Positions 46,215-56,486 of a stretch of 64,000 bases of DNA are shown here, piece after piece. This stretch comes from Patescibacteria group bacterium (GTDB lineage Bacteria; Patescibacteriota; Microgenomatia; UBA10105; UBA927): the NCBI GenBank assembly GCA_018821245.1, contig JAHJMO010000002.1, forward strand, positions 9,231 through 73,230. Direction: 5' to 3'. Below the pieces are notes generated by a model that was not told the DNA's origin, did no database searches, and worked only from the letters and a program-made list of their open reading frames with translations. Numbering within the stretch: the first letter of the stretch is position 1; every line of letters begins with the position of its first letter. The translations under genes were made by a program, and so were the position numbers.

Positions 46215-46758
46215 GTGTCAAAACTCTTTCCAGATTTTTGTACAAGCTATCCAGGCCTGATTCATTAACGACAATGTAATCTGCCATTGCGATAGGACCC
46301 CCTTTGTTCAAATTCTCTATCTCTGCGAAATCCCGACTTGACGATTCCTGCCGGGTTAATGTCCTTATCGGGCGCTCGGATAATCGTTTATACCGCAAAA
46401 GGGGGTTGGCATAAATACAAAGCAGTTTCAAAAAAGGAAATTTATGCTTGAGATATATATACTCTTCCCAGCTATATAATCCGTCAAGAACTATCAGGGA
46501 ATGCTGTTTTGCTTCTTTATGAATACGGGGTTCGATCTTTATCGCCATGGCTGCCATTTCAAGATCTTTCCGTAACTTTTCTCTGTACCATCGTTCGTTT
46601 GTTTCGTTTCGTTGTAGCCCGTGCTCTTTCAATCCAATGTCTACCTGATCTCCAAATCGTAATACCTGTATCTTCTTGTCTCTAAAAAATCCTGCTGCCA
46701 TGCTTTTCCCTGCTCCGGGCATACCGACAATAGCGATAATAGTGAGCTTGGGTTTCAT
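46189..46758 (-). CDS. P-loop nucleotide/nucleoside kinase (COG1936-like; dephospho-CoA kinase or CMP-kinase-related)
   Basis: Walker A GMPGAGKS near the N-terminus, ~190 aa with a small lid-like region, no other domains. Sits between adk and map. Confidence 0.5.
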   Translation of the reverse strand: MKPKLTIIAIVGMPGAGKSMAAGFFRDKKIQVLRFGDQVDIGLKEHGLQRNETNERWYREKLRKDLEMAAMAIKIEPRIHKEAKQHSLIVLDGLYSWEEYIYLKHKFPFLKLLCIYANPLLRYKRLSERPIRTLTRQESSSRDFAEIENLNKGGPIAMADYIVVNESGLDSLYKNLERVLTRVYDSNKD

Positions 46759-47333
46759 GCTGGTATATGCGACATGATGTCCTGATGCACGACATCTATC
46801 GGCCGTTCGCCGTTGATCTCTATAAGAACACCTTTCGCTCGATAGTATTCAAGCACTTCCTGCTCACCCCCCTGGTAAATGGAAAGCCGCTGGCTGATGC
46901 GATCCGGTGAATCATGAAGTACGTCACTTCCGGAGTGCAGTGGACGGGCGCGCGCAATCAGACGCTTCATCGATTCTTCCTCGCTTATCTTCAGATAGAT
47001 CACCGCGTCTACTTTATACCCGTATTTGTCCAACTTATCACCCAAAAATTTGGCCTGCTCAACCTTTCGGGGGAATCCGTCCATAATCCAATCGTTTTGC
47101 GCATCATCTTCTTTAAGTCTCCACTTCCAAAGAACAAACATTTCGCTATCGGCAACATATTTCCCCTCCGATAATGCCTGCCTGCACACTTCTCCGATGA
47201 TGCCTTTATCGTTGGCTGCAGCTGTCCTGACTAAATCCCCCGATGTAAGAATTGGCGTGCGCAGCTTATCACTTAATAATTTTGCCTGCGTGCCTTTACC
47301 AGAACCTTCCGGACCATAAAAAACAATGTGCAT
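46755..47333 (-). CDS. adk: adenylate kinase (short form)
   Basis: GPEGSGKGTQA P-loop and an NMP-binding region; 192 aa. Confidence 0.88.
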   Translation of the reverse strand: MHIVFYGPEGSGKGTQAKLLSDKLRTPILTSGDLVRTAAANDKGIIGEVCRQALSEGKYVADSEMFVLWKWRLKEDDAQNDWIMDGFPRKVEQAKFLGDKLDKYGYKVDAVIYLKISEEESMKRLIARARPLHSGSDVLHDSPDRISQRLSIYQGGEQEVLEYYRAKGVLIEINGERPIDVVHQDIMSHIPA

Positions 47334-47391
47334 ATGAAAAACTTAACACATTTGTCTAATCGGACACATGGGTCAAATTAGTCAAATGTGC

Positions 47392-48684
47392 TTACTCCTT
47401 TAAAAATCCTTCGTAATTCCTCATCACCAATTGAGCTTCTAAGGCTTTTACCGTCTCTAACACCACCGACACTACTATAAGCATGCCCGTCCCGCCAATA
47501 AGAAATGTGGAGATTCCGGTAATACCTCTGCCCACTGAAGGAAATATGGCAATAAAGCCCAAAAATAGCGCTCCAGCAAGCGTAATGCGCGTCAGAATAT
47601 AATTAAGATATGAAGCAGTAGGAGTCCCGGGTCGGATACCGGGAATAAATCCGCCGTACTTTTGAATTTCACCGGCGATCTTTGTAGGGTTAAACGTTAC
47701 TGCTGTATAAAAATATGTAAAGCCCAACACTAAAAGAAAATACATACCATTGTAAAAAATGCCGTCTGGGTTAAAAGCAGAAGTCAACAGTCGTCCGACA
47801 GTCATCGCTATCGAAGAAGTCTGAAGCTGTTGTAAAAATCCACCGATCAATGAAGGAAGCAATACTAAAGAAACTGCAAAGATAATAGGAATTACTCCGG
47901 CTTGGTTTATGCGAAGCGGCAGATAGGAAACGTTCCCTCCGAGCATTTTGTTCCCCCTGATGCGACGCGCGTAATGCACAGGGATCCGACGCACAGCTTC
48001 GTTCACGTACACGGTAGCGCAAATCACCGTAATTGCCATAATGACAAAAAGTATAAGATTGGTCACGCCCTCCGGCTCAAGAACACTTGCAGTACGCCCC
48101 AACACCACAGGAAGCCTTCCTACGATACCAACAAATATGAGAAGTGATATTCCGTTTCCTATACCGTACTCCGTCACGAGTTCACCGAACCACATCACCA
48201 AAAGCGTTCCCGCTGTCATCGTGATAATCATCGAAACAATGATCAAGGGATCCATTGCCGTAACAATTCCCTGATTCTTCAGAAGCGCGATCATGCCGAT
48301 AGATTGAACTGCCGCCAGCGGTACGGTAAGCAACCGTGAATACTGATTGATTTTTTCTCTACCGTACTCACCTTCTTTAGAAAGTTCTTCGAGTTTGGGA
48401 AAAACAATAGTCAAAAGCTGAAAAATGATTGTTGCGTTGATATAAGGGTTAAGCCCTAAGGCCATAATCGAAAAATTCACCAGCGTTCCTCCGGAAAATA
48501 TATCCAAAAGCCCTAAAAACTGGTTTTGAGCAAACAATAAGGCCATTTTCGCCCTATCGACGCCGGGGAGAGGAATATGCGCAAAAATTCGAAACACGAC
48601 AAATATAAGAACTGTCACTATGATCTTCTTTCGGAGCTCCGGACTTTTCCAGCTGTTAACGATAGGCGATAACAATCGATTCAT
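47392..48684 (-). CDS. secY: preprotein translocase subunit SecY
   Basis: 10-TM SecY pattern; 430 aa; canonical position after rplO. Confidence 0.92.
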   Translation of the reverse strand: MNRLLSPIVNSWKSPELRKKIIVTVLIFVVFRIFAHIPLPGVDRAKMALLFAQNQFLGLLDIFSGGTLVNFSIMALGLNPYINATIIFQLLTIVFPKLEELSKEGEYGREKINQYSRLLTVPLAAVQSIGMIALLKNQGIVTAMDPLIIVSMIITMTAGTLLVMWFGELVTEYGIGNGISLLIFVGIVGRLPVVLGRTASVLEPEGVTNLILFVIMAITVICATVYVNEAVRRIPVHYARRIRGNKMLGGNVSYLPLRINQAGVIPIIFAVSLVLLPSLIGGFLQQLQTSSIAMTVGRLLTSAFNPDGIFYNGMYFLLVLGFTYFYTAVTFNPTKIAGEIQKYGGFIPGIRPGTPTASYLNYILTRITLAGALFLGFIAIFPSVGRGITGISTFLIGGTGMLIVVSVVLETVKALEAQLVMRNYEGFLKE

Positions 48685-49142
48685 GAATTATGCACGACTC
48701 CCTTTATGCCATCTACTATAACAGTCCCACCTGCTTTTTCAATAGCGATTTTTGCAGCTTTTGAACAATGAATGTGTACGACTAACGCTGTCTCAAGCAT
48801 TGCGCTGCCGAGTATTTTTACATTCGTGGTGTTTGGGTTGATAAGCTTATGTTCTTTGAGTTTTGCTATCGTAACATCCGTACCTTTCGGAAAAACATGT
48901 AATGCGGCAACCGATAAAGGGTACGGCTTGACACCTCTGGCTTTATTACGGCCTTTCCCCCGTAAGAACGGAAGCCGTTTAATGAGAGGTAATTGACCGC
49001 CTTCAAAACCCGCAGCAATGGTACCGCGCGCTTTTTGTCCTTTGGTACCGCGACCTGCAGTCTTTGCCTTCCCTGAGCCATATCCGCGGCCAAGGCGCTT
49101 TTTGGAATACGTTACTGTTTTTGGTAATTGCGTAAGATTCAT
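48681..49142 (-). CDS. rplO: 50S ribosomal protein L15
   Basis: Gly/Lys/Arg-rich N-terminus ([22 protein letters not shown]). Confidence 0.9.
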   Translation of the reverse strand: MNLTQLPKTVTYSKKRLGRGYGSGKAKTAGRGTKGQKARGTIAAGFEGGQLPLIKRLPFLRGKGRNKARGVKPYPLSVAALHVFPKGTDVTIAKLKEHKLINPNTTNVKILGSAMLETALVVHIHCSKAAKIAIEKAGGTVIVDGIKGVVHNS

Positions 49143-49606
49143 ACTCTTGATACTTTAAAGCTTTTCAACGCTTCCATGGTTGCATATACGTTTGAAGCCT
49201 GGTTTTTGCTTCCTAATATTTTTGAGACGATGTCACGAATTCCTGCGGCTTCAACTACTGCCCGAACCGCTCCTCCTGCGATAACGCCGGTGCCGGGTGG
49301 TGCCGGCTTTAAAAGCACTTTTGCCGCGCCCCGCTTGACCCGTACTTCATGGGGAATCGTCGTATTCCTCAATGGGACCACGATGAAATGCTTTTTGGCG
49401 TATGCAACCGCCTTGCGTACGGCAGAAGAGACATCCGGCGCCCCACCGAGACCAACGCCGACTCTCCCCTTTTTGTCTCCGACAACGGCAAGCACGGAAA
49501 ATCCTATCTTATTTCCGCCTTTTGTTTTTTTCGATACGCGGTTGACTTGAACGATCTTTTCTTCAAATTCACTTGGCGGAAACTGCCCTCTTCTGGAAGC
49601 TAACAT
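49139..49606 (-). CDS. rpsE: 30S ribosomal protein S5
   Basis: ...[37 protein letters not shown].. Directly abuts rplO (4-nt overlap), so no rpmD lies between them. Confidence 0.9.
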   Translation of the reverse strand: MLASRRGQFPPSEFEEKIVQVNRVSKKTKGGNKIGFSVLAVVGDKKGRVGVGLGGAPDVSSAVRKAVAYAKKHFIVVPLRNTTIPHEVRVKRGAAKVLLKPAPPGTGVIAGGAVRAVVEAAGIRDIVSKILGSKNQASNVYATMEALKSFKVSRV

Positions 49607-49929
49607 TGTATCCCTCCTTTACGTACCGCATCAACGAATTCTTTCACCGCGCCATGATAGCGGTATCCTCCGCGGTCAAACACAACGCGTGATATTTTTT
49701 TGATTTTAAGATTCTCCCCTACCTTCTGTCCAAGCGTCTTTGCAAGTTCCATATTCTTCCCATTTATATAAAATGAGGCCATAGTCGTCCCTTTGTCATC
49801 ATCGATAAGCTGCACATAAAGCTTTTTGCCGGAACGAAAAATAGACATCCTCGGCCGTTGTTTCGTACCGTGAACTTTCATTTTTATACGCAACTTTCTT
49901 TTTGCCCGTAACTCCCGTTTTGATCTCAT
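49600..49929 (-). CDS. rplR: 50S ribosomal protein L18
   Basis: ...[23 protein letters not shown]. Confidence 0.88.
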   Translation of the reverse strand: MRSKRELRAKRKLRIKMKVHGTKQRPRMSIFRSGKKLYVQLIDDDKGTTMASFYINGKNMELAKTLGQKVGENLKIKKISRVVFDRGGYRYHGAVKEFVDAVRKGGIQC

Positions 49930-49956
49930 ACGATATGCCTCCAGAAAAGGTATTCT

Positions 49957-50523
49957 TTAGGCGGCTCCTCCCGCACCGACTGCTTTCGCCGCTTTTCCTG
50001 CTTTTTTGCGAATATGCTCTCCTTCATACTTAATGCCTTTTCCTTTATAAGGCTCGGGTTTTTTGTATGCTCTGATCGTTGCCGCTACTTGCCCTACTAT
50101 ATGTTTATCTGCTCCGTTGATCATAATTTTCCCTTCTGTCACTGTAAACGTTATGCCGGCAGTGGGAATAATAACGATCGGATGAGAAAACCCCACAGTC
50201 AACGTCAGATTATTGCCGGAAAGGCTCGCGCGATATCCCACGCCGGACAGTTCAAGCGTCTTAGACCAGCCTTTTGTAATTCCGACAATATCATTGGCAA
50301 TGACAGCCCTAATCATGCCGTGCAATGCCCGCTGTTTTTTGTTCTTTTTGTTTTCCGTTTCTTTTATGACAGTAAGGGTATCTCCATCCAGTCGTATACT
50401 AATCCCGGGCGGAACAGTCCGGGACAATTCGCCTTTCGGCCCTTTTACCACGACGCGACGTTCTTGTATGTCCACTGTTACTCCTTCCGGAACTGTAATT
50501 GGTGTATCTCCTATGCGTGACAT
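49957..50523 (-). CDS. rplF: 50S ribosomal protein L6
   Basis: MSRIGDTPITVPEGVTVDIQ...; two L6 repeats; start at the internal ATG. Confidence 0.88.
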   Translation of the reverse strand: MSRIGDTPITVPEGVTVDIQERRVVVKGPKGELSRTVPPGISIRLDGDTLTVIKETENKKNKKQRALHGMIRAVIANDIVGITKGWSKTLELSGVGYRASLSGNNLTLTVGFSHPIVIIPTAGITFTVTEGKIMINGADKHIVGQVAATIRAYKKPEPYKGKGIKYEGEHIRKKAGKAAKAVGAGGAA

Positions 50524-50534
50524 ATGATTCTTAC

Positions 50535-50927
50535 CTACCAAACGGTACAAAGTAATTCTCCGCCGATTCCGCGCTTCCATGCTTCTTTGCCTGTCATGAT
50601 CCCTTGTGGAGTAGATACAATCGATATTCCGGTTCCACCCATAACCGTAGGGATCTTATACTTAGTCACGTAGCAACGAAGACCGGGTTTACTGACGCGC
50701 TTAACGTTTGTCAGCACGGGCACCTTGCCCTCATACGATAATTTCAGGCGCAATAATTCCTTCGGTTTGCTACCGATTTTTTCCACAGAATCCAAATACT
50801 GTTCCTGCTGGAAAATTCTGGCAACAGCCGCTTTCATATTGGAGTGCGGAAGCTCCACTATCTCCTTACCCGCGCAAGCGGCATTTTTGATCTGTATTAT
50901 CATGTCACCGATTGAATCATGCATCAT
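50535..50927 (-). CDS. rpsH: 30S ribosomal protein S8
   Basis: DSIGDMIIQIKNA....E...PHS..K; 130 aa. Confidence 0.9.
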   Translation of the reverse strand: MMHDSIGDMIIQIKNAACAGKEIVELPHSNMKAAVARIFQQEQYLDSVEKIGSKPKELLRLKLSYEGKVPVLTNVKRVSKPGLRCYVTKYKIPTVMGGTGISIVSTPQGIMTGKEAWKRGIGGELLCTVW

Positions 50928-50930
50928 AGG

Positions 50931-51116
50931 TTACCATGACGCTTTCACAACACCAGGAAGTTCTCCTTTGTGTGCAAGCTGTCGAAAACAAATACGGCAC
51001 AAGCTAAATTTCCGCATATATCCGCGTGACCGACCGCATAACGCGCACCGGTTGCGATGACGAACCGCGAATTTCTGCTTTTTATGAAACTTAACAATGT
51101 CTGATGTTTTTGCCAT
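50931..51116 (-). CDS. rpsZ: 30S ribosomal protein S14 type Z (zinc-binding)
   Basis: 61 aa; C-x2-C...C-x2-C ([20 protein letters not shown]). Confidence 0.9.
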   Translation of the reverse strand: MAKTSDIVKFHKKQKFAVRHRNRCALCGRSRGYMRKFSLCRICFRQLAHKGELPGVVKASW

Positions 51117-51118
51117 AG

Positions 51119-51682
51119 TTATTTCTTCGCACCGGCGGGCTGACCTTTCTCAAAAGGTATACCCAGCATCTGTAACAGCGTTTTTGCCTGACTGTCGGTA
51201 TGCGCTGACGTAACGAATGTCACTTCAAATCCCCGGAGTTTATCTATTAATCGGTATTCAAGCTCCGGAAATATAGTTTGCTCAGTGATCCCTAGTGTAT
51301 AATTTCCTTTCCCGTCAAAACTTTTGTCCGATACGCCCCGAAAGTCGCGCACACGCGGAAGAGCTATTGTAACTAATTTTGTAAGAAAATCAAACATTCT
51401 TCTGCCGCGCAATGTAGCCTTCAGCCCGATAGCGTCTCCTGCCCTCAATTTAAATGTAGATATCGCGCGTTTTGCACGGGTGATCGCGGGCCTCTGACCG
51501 GCTATAACCGCTAATTGATCTTGCATTTTTTCCAAAACTTTTTTGTCGGCAAGGGCTTCTCCCATACTGCAATGTATGACGATTTTTAACAATTTAGGTA
51601 CCATCAATACATTAGCAACGTTCATTTCACGCATCATCTGCGGTACGATTTCTTTACGGTATTTTTCTACTATATCTTCCAT
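51119..51682 (-). CDS. rplE: 50S ribosomal protein L5
   Basis: L5 conserved blocks; 187 aa. Confidence 0.9.
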   Translation of the reverse strand: MEDIVEKYRKEIVPQMMREMNVANVLMVPKLLKIVIHCSMGEALADKKVLEKMQDQLAVIAGQRPAITRAKRAISTFKLRAGDAIGLKATLRGRRMFDFLTKLVTIALPRVRDFRGVSDKSFDGKGNYTLGITEQTIFPELEYRLIDKLRGFEVTFVTSAHTDSQAKTLLQMLGIPFEKGQPAGAKK

Positions 51683-51684
51683 AT

Positions 51685-51990
51685 TTATATTTTTTGATCA
51701 CACTTTCGACAGATACGCACTTTCTCGTTTTTAGCCTTCAGAAATCCTACCCGGGTCGCTACGTGGCAGGACGGGCATAGTAACGCAACTTTGGCTGCCG
51801 AAATGGGCTTAGTAACATCGATAATCCCGCCCTGGTTACTCTCGTCTTTCCTTTTGACATGCCGTTTATAGACATTTACTCCGTTTATGAGCAAGGTATT
51901 ATCTTTGGGAAAAATTTTCTCTATTTTCCCCTTTTTCCCTTTATCTTTACCGATGCTCACGATAACAGTGTCTCCTTTTTTGAGTTTCAT
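51685..51990 (-). CDS. rplX: 50S ribosomal protein L24 with C-terminal C4 zinc-ribbon extension
   Basis: KOW domain MKLKKGDTVIVSIGKDKGKKG, then a C-terminal CPSC...CRKC. Confidence 0.85.
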   Translation of the reverse strand: MKLKKGDTVIVSIGKDKGKKGKIEKIFPKDNTLLINGVNVYKRHVKRKDESNQGGIIDVTKPISAAKVALLCPSCHVATRVGFLKAKNEKVRICRKCDQKI

Positions 51991-52010
51991 ACTATGTTGA
52001 CCATTTTCGG

Positions 52011-52385
52011 TTAATACACTTCCTCCGCAAGGCTGGTAATTTTGTCAAATCCGCGTTCTTTAAGTTCGCGGGCAATGGGACCAAATATCCGTGTGCCCCT
52101 CGGATTCTTGTCTTTCTGGTTGTCTATAACCACTCCGGCATTATCATCGAATCGAATATAGGATCCGTCCCCACGACGGTGCTCTTTGCGTGTGCGTACG
52201 ATAACCACCGGAACAAGCTCGTCATCTTTCACAATGCCACGCGGGTCAGCCTGTTGTACGACGCACTGTACGATATCACCGACGTAAGCAAATCGCCTTT
52301 TTGAGGCGCCGTAGATGTGGATAACCTTCATCTTCTGTACGCCTGAATTATCTGCTGCTATCAATCGTGTTTGTCGTTGTATCAT
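52011..52385 (-). CDS. rplN: 50S ribosomal protein L14
   Basis: MIQRQTRLIAADNSG; 124 aa. Confidence 0.92.
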   Translation of the reverse strand: MIQRQTRLIAADNSGVQKMKVIHIYGASKRRFAYVGDIVQCVVQQADPRGIVKDDELVPVVIVRTRKEHRRGDGSYIRFDDNAGVVIDNQKDKNPRGTRIFGPIARELKERGFDKITSLAEEVY

Positions 52386-52399
52386 ACGAACTTCCTATA

Positions 52400-52642
52400 T
52401 TAGCTTTTTGTCAGTATTAAAAAATGTTTTGTTTTGCTTATCGGTCTTGTTTCTATTATCTTCACTTGATCACCGACGTGTAATTCGATCTTTTCATAGT
52501 GCACAGGAAACCGTTTTGTAATGCGCATTGATTTTTTATATAAAGGGTGTCGGATCGTATGGGCAACCGCCACAATAACAGTATTCTGAGTCTTAACCGA
52601 CACGACCTTCCCCTCATACGTCTTCCTGTTTATACGTTTCAT
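52400..52642 (-). CDS. rpsQ: 30S ribosomal protein S17
   Basis: ...GKVVSVKTQNTVIVAVAHTIRHPLYKK... Start at internal MKRINRK gives an ATGA overlap with rpmC. Confidence 0.85.
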   Translation of the reverse strand: MKRINRKTYEGKVVSVKTQNTVIVAVAHTIRHPLYKKSMRITKRFPVHYEKIELHVGDQVKIIETRPISKTKHFLILTKS

Positions 52643-52872
52643 AATTCTATTCCTTTTGTCCCTTTCTTCCTGGCTTCGAGTTGTTTGTTGCACGCTATAC
52701 TTTTTGCCACTGCTATCTCCTGCCGCATAAACTTAAACGCACGGACATTTTTGACGGGCTTAGTGTGACCTGCAATTTGCGATGTTGCGATTTTTTCTTC
52801 TAATCCTGTAATATGCGTCTGCAATTGATTTGCCTGCATCGCACGGAACGCTTCTTTTGATTTTTTCTTCAT
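52639..52872 (-). CDS. rpmC: 50S ribosomal protein L29
   Basis: 77 aa helical protein at the canonical position. Confidence 0.8.
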   Translation of the reverse strand: MKKKSKEAFRAMQANQLQTHITGLEEKIATSQIAGHTKPVKNVRAFKFMRQEIAVAKSIACNKQLEARKKGTKGIEL

Positions 52873-52877
52873 ATATG

Positions 52878-53285
52878 TTAGTCCCTTATGACAAACTTTG
52901 TACGGACGGACAGCTTTGCCGCTGCCAACCGTAAAGCTTCTTTTGCCTGATCGGGGCTTACGCCTGACATCTCGAATAATACACGCCCCGGCTTAACGAC
53001 AGCAACATATTCGTATACGTCTCCCTTTCCGCTTCCCATGCGCGTTTCCGGAGGCTTTTTTGTGATAGGTTTGTCCGGAAAAATTCGGATCCAAACTCTT
53101 CCACCCCTCCTGATCGAGTGAGTGAGAGCTCGTCTGGCTGCTTCTATCTGACGACTTGTAACCCATCCCGCAGAAAATGCCTTAAGCCCATATTCACCAA
53201 AGTCCACTCGTGTCCCACGACTCGCTTTACCGCGTCGTTTACCGCGAAATACTTTGCGATATTTAGCTCGTTTTGGTGCCAACAT
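52878..53285 (-). CDS. rplP: 50S ribosomal protein L16
   Basis: [13 protein letters not shown]; 135 aa. Confidence 0.92.
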   Translation of the reverse strand: MLAPKRAKYRKVFRGKRRGKASRGTRVDFGEYGLKAFSAGWVTSRQIEAARRALTHSIRRGGRVWIRIFPDKPITKKPPETRMGSGKGDVYEYVAVVKPGRVLFEMSGVSPDQAKEALRLAAAKLSVRTKFVIRD

Positions 53286-53318
53286 AAAATAAATAAGTAG
53301 CTAAGCTACTAATCATCT

Positions 53319-53999
53319 TCATTGTTTTCTACAAATCCAAACTTTTACCCCAATGTATCCTGATTTCGTCAGCGCAGGCACTTCTGCATAATCGATGCGT
53401 TCCCGAATGGTAGAAAGCGGGACTGAACCTGCTTTGTATTTTTCTTTCCGGGAAATCTCCGCACCAGCTATACGCCCGGCAAGCATAATACGTATTCCTT
53501 TTGCGCCTGACGCCATAACACGATCCAGTGTTTGATTGCATACCCGCTTATGGTGGATACGACGCGCCAATTGATCTGTGATATTCACCGCTACCAAATA
53601 TGCATTCAGATTCGGATCTTTTACCGGTTCTACGGATAATTCTACTTTTGTTTTGTTCAAAGGAGGCATATTCGATGATATCTGACTACCCGATCCTTTG
53701 GGTGGCTGAGCTTGAATAAATTTTTCAATAAACTTTTTTACCTCTTCAAGGCCGGATCCTCCACGTCCTATTACAACTCCCGGTCGGGATACGTGCAATA
53801 TAATCTTTACTTTATTGATAGATCGCTCTATCTCTACTTGTGCCAATCCTGCTGTTTTTAGTCTGATAAACAGCTCCCGACGCAGTCGCACGTCCTCCAG
53901 AAGAAGCTCACCATATCGTCTGCCATGGGCAAACCAGCGGGATCCCCAGGTAAATACCGGGCCTAATCGAAATCCGTGCGGATGTATTTTTTGTCCCAT
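53319..53999 (-). CDS. rpsC: 30S ribosomal protein S3
   Basis: MGQKIHPHGFRLG plus a KH domain; start at the internal ATG. Confidence 0.9.
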   Translation of the reverse strand: MGQKIHPHGFRLGPVFTWGSRWFAHGRRYGELLLEDVRLRRELFIRLKTAGLAQVEIERSINKVKIILHVSRPGVVIGRGGSGLEEVKKFIEKFIQAQPPKGSGSQISSNMPPLNKTKVELSVEPVKDPNLNAYLVAVNITDQLARRIHHKRVCNQTLDRVMASGAKGIRIMLAGRIAGAEISRKEKYKAGSVPLSTIRERIDYAEVPALTKSGYIGVKVWICRKQ

Positions 54000-54022
54000 A
54001 TACATCAATTAAATCTACTAAT

Positions 54023-54358
54023 CTACTGCTGTTCATCGGTCAATATCACTTTCACGTGGGTCATGCGCTTTTTGTACGCATGCGCCATTCCCCTGGACAC
54101 AGCATGCCACCGTTTCATTACCGGCCCCCCCATGACATCAATTTTTTTGAAAAACAGCGGGCCTGTGTTTTTTTGTTTTTGCTTGGCATTGGCGATAGCT
54201 GAAGCGATCACCTTTAACAATGGTTGTGCTGCGCTTTTCGGAAGTGCCCCTAGAGCCGTGATTGCATCTTGCGGCATCAAAGATCGGATGCTATCGGCTA
54301 CAAGCCTCATTTTTCTTGTACTTATCCTCAAATATTTCGCTGTTGCGGTATATTCCAT
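54023..54358 (-). CDS. rplV: 50S ribosomal protein L22
   Basis: ...AKYLRISTRKMRLVADSIR; 111 aa. Confidence 0.9.
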   Translation of the reverse strand: MEYTATAKYLRISTRKMRLVADSIRSLMPQDAITALGALPKSAAQPLLKVIASAIANAKQKQKNTGPLFFKKIDVMGGPVMKRWHAVSRGMAHAYKKRMTHVKVILTDEQQ

Positions 54359-54363
54359 ACTAT

Positions 54364-54648
54364 TTATGTTTTCTCTAATATTCGTTTTGTCACTTGCCCA
54401 TGACCGCGAAACGTGCGTGTTGGAGAAAATTCTCCAAGACGATGCCCCACCATGGATTCCGTCACAAAAATTTCCTGAAATATCCTTCCGTTATGTACAG
54501 CAAAACGATGACCGACAAACTCCGGTGGGATCGTGCAATTTCTCGCCCATGTTTTTATCGGTGATCGATCCCCTCCTGACTTCTGTTTATATACCTTTAT
54601 CGATAATTTTTTGTCTATATACGGTCCCTTTGAGCTACTTCTGGACAT
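54364..54648 (-). CDS. rpsS: 30S ribosomal protein S19
   Basis: MSRSSSKGPYIDKKL...GHRFAVHNGR. Confidence 0.92.
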   Translation of the reverse strand: MSRSSSKGPYIDKKLSIKVYKQKSGGDRSPIKTWARNCTIPPEFVGHRFAVHNGRIFQEIFVTESMVGHRLGEFSPTRTFRGHGQVTKRILEKT

Positions 54649-54649
54649 G

Positions 54650-55405
54650 TTATTTTCCCCTTTCTACGATGATTGCATTGCTGTACTTTTTTCGCTTTCT
54701 CGTCTTTTTTCCGAGCGTCGGTTTGCCCCATGGGCTCTTCGGGGAAGGCATTCCTATACCGCTTCTCCCCTCTCCGCCTCCGTGAGGATGCGAACCCGGA
54801 TGCTGTGCCACTCCTCTTACTGTAGGTCTTTTTCCTAGATTCCTGTTTCGCCCGGCTTTACCAATAACCCTATTCTTCCAGTCCGCATTCCCTATTTGCC
54901 CCACCGTTGCTCTACAATTTTCATGAAATACCCGAATTTCGCCGGACGGAAGCTTTAATTGCACACTACTGCCGTCCTTAGATAAAACAGTTGCGGCACT
55001 ACCTGCGCTTCGCATCATCTGTGCTCCAGATCCGGGACGTATCTCAAGATTGTGAACAACAGTCCCTGCAGGAATATAACGGAGCTTGAGACAATTACCC
55101 ATCTGAACAGAAGCTTCTTTGCCTGAAACAATAGTTGTTCCTATTTTGAGCCCCAAAGGTGCAATAATATACCGCTTGTCACCGTCAGTATAATGCAAGA
55201 GTGCAATTTGAGCGGATCGGTTCGGATCGTACTCTATGCTAACTACGTGAGCTTTAACATTTTCTTTATCTCTCTTCCAGTCTATGATCCGATAGAATCG
55301 CTTGTGTCTCCCTCCTTGATGCCGTACTGCAACATGACCCTGATTGTCCCGTCCGGACTGCTTAGGCAAAATTGTATATAATCGTTTTGTTATCTTGGGT
55401 TGCAT
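54650..55405 (-). CDS. rplB: 50S ribosomal protein L2
   Basis: ...GRDNQGHVAVRHQGGRHKR.YR.ID.KR... and GGGEGRSG. The longer 55453 start would overlap rplW, so 55405 (MQPKITK) is preferred. Confidence 0.88.
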   Translation of the reverse strand: MQPKITKRLYTILPKQSGRDNQGHVAVRHQGGRHKRFYRIIDWKRDKENVKAHVVSIEYDPNRSAQIALLHYTDGDKRYIIAPLGLKIGTTIVSGKEASVQMGNCLKLRYIPAGTVVHNLEIRPGSGAQMMRSAGSAATVLSKDGSSVQLKLPSGEIRVFHENCRATVGQIGNADWKNRVIGKAGRNRNLGKRPTVRGVAQHPGSHPHGGGEGRSGIGMPSPKSPWGKPTLGKKTRKRKKYSNAIIVERGK

Positions 55406-55409
55406 ATTT

Positions 55410-55721
55410 TTACGCTTTCTTTGCTTGTTGAGTAGGCGCCGCTTCAAAGGCATCTATCGTTTGACCTGCCACAACTTCTACTAACGCTTTCTTACTCTTT
55501 GGGGCACGAATCACCATTCCTTTTTTTCCTACACGACGGGTTTTCCCATGCATTACAATCGTACGCACCTCTTTCACTTTTACCTTATAAACAGAAGCTA
55601 CGTCTTTGGCGATCTGTTGTTTATTTGCCCAAGTATGCACGGCAAATGTATACCACCTGTTTGATGCCAACCGCAATGTTTTTTCTGTCCGTAAAGGTTT
55701 GATAATACTCATTTGTTTCAT
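55410..55721 (-). CDS. rplW: 50S ribosomal protein L23
   Basis: ...IIKPLRTEK...FAVHTWANKQQIAKDV...KVKEVRT; 103 aa. Confidence 0.88.
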   Translation of the reverse strand: MKQMSIIKPLRTEKTLRLASNRWYTFAVHTWANKQQIAKDVASVYKVKVKEVRTIVMHGKTRRVGKKGMVIRAPKSKKALVEVVAGQTIDAFEAAPTQQAKKA

Positions 55722-55751
55722 ATGCAGTGCTTATACATCTATCCTGTCGCC

Positions 55752-56483
55752 TTACTTTTGGAGCCCTCGGCGATCAGTTCCCGGGGGATTCCCGACAAAC
55801 GTTTCTTGCAAAAGCGAAAGCGACTCCTTCATGAATAGTAGTTTTTTATGTGATAATACTGTGTATGCATGCAATTGAGATGCAGGCATATACTCAACGC
55901 CGGGGATATTGCGCACCGCACGAACGACCAATTCTGCCTCTTTTGGCGTAACCAATAATGCGGATGAGGGTACCTTCAACAAAAACAGCATGCGAGCTAT
56001 AGTTTTTGTTTTCAATGGTTGCGCTCCTAGCCCCTCCACAATAATGATATTGTTCTCTTGATATTGTTTCGTAAGAGCACTGGCAAGGGCGGCCCTGCGG
56101 AGTTTTTTGGATAAACCAAGCGTATAACGACGTGGTTTGGGTCCGAAAACAATACCGCCGCCAACAAATATCGGCGCACGGATTGATCCATGTCGGGCTC
56201 GTCCTGTACCTTTTTGGCGATAAATTTTGCTGGTAGAACCTTCTACCTCTCCTCGTGTTTTGGTAGAAGCCGTACCCCGCCTTTGATTAGCCAAGTAAAC
56301 CCGCACAGCTTGCGCAAGAAGTACCTCGACGACAGGTGCAGCAAAAAGATGTTTGGGCAAACGAACGGTTCCCTGCTTCTTCCCCTCGATATCAACCACC
56401 CCACAAGATAACAGACTCGTCGCTGCGGACTTTGATACCGCTTTTTCTGACTTTTTCTGATCAGCTCGTTTTGTATTCGGCAT
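55752..56483 (-). CDS. rplD: 50S ribosomal protein L4
   Basis: ...[20 protein letters not shown].. typical of L4; 243 aa. Confidence 0.9.
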   Translation of the reverse strand: MPNTKRADQKKSEKAVSKSAATSLLSCGVVDIEGKKQGTVRLPKHLFAAPVVEVLLAQAVRVYLANQRRGTASTKTRGEVEGSTSKIYRQKGTGRARHGSIRAPIFVGGGIVFGPKPRRYTLGLSKKLRRAALASALTKQYQENNIIIVEGLGAQPLKTKTIARMLFLLKVPSSALLVTPKEAELVVRAVRNIPGVEYMPASQLHAYTVLSHKKLLFMKESLSLLQETFVGNPPGTDRRGLQK

Positions 56484-56486
56484 ATC

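Noticed and set aside
53976-54785. 269-aa plus-strand ORF and other long antisense ORFs inside the r-protein operon (e.g. 50014-50520, 57710-58321, 60369-60818)
   Set aside because: They are antisense to highly conserved ribosomal/translation-factor genes, have low-complexity hydrophobic translations, and are typical chance ORFs opposite GC-rich coding sequence.
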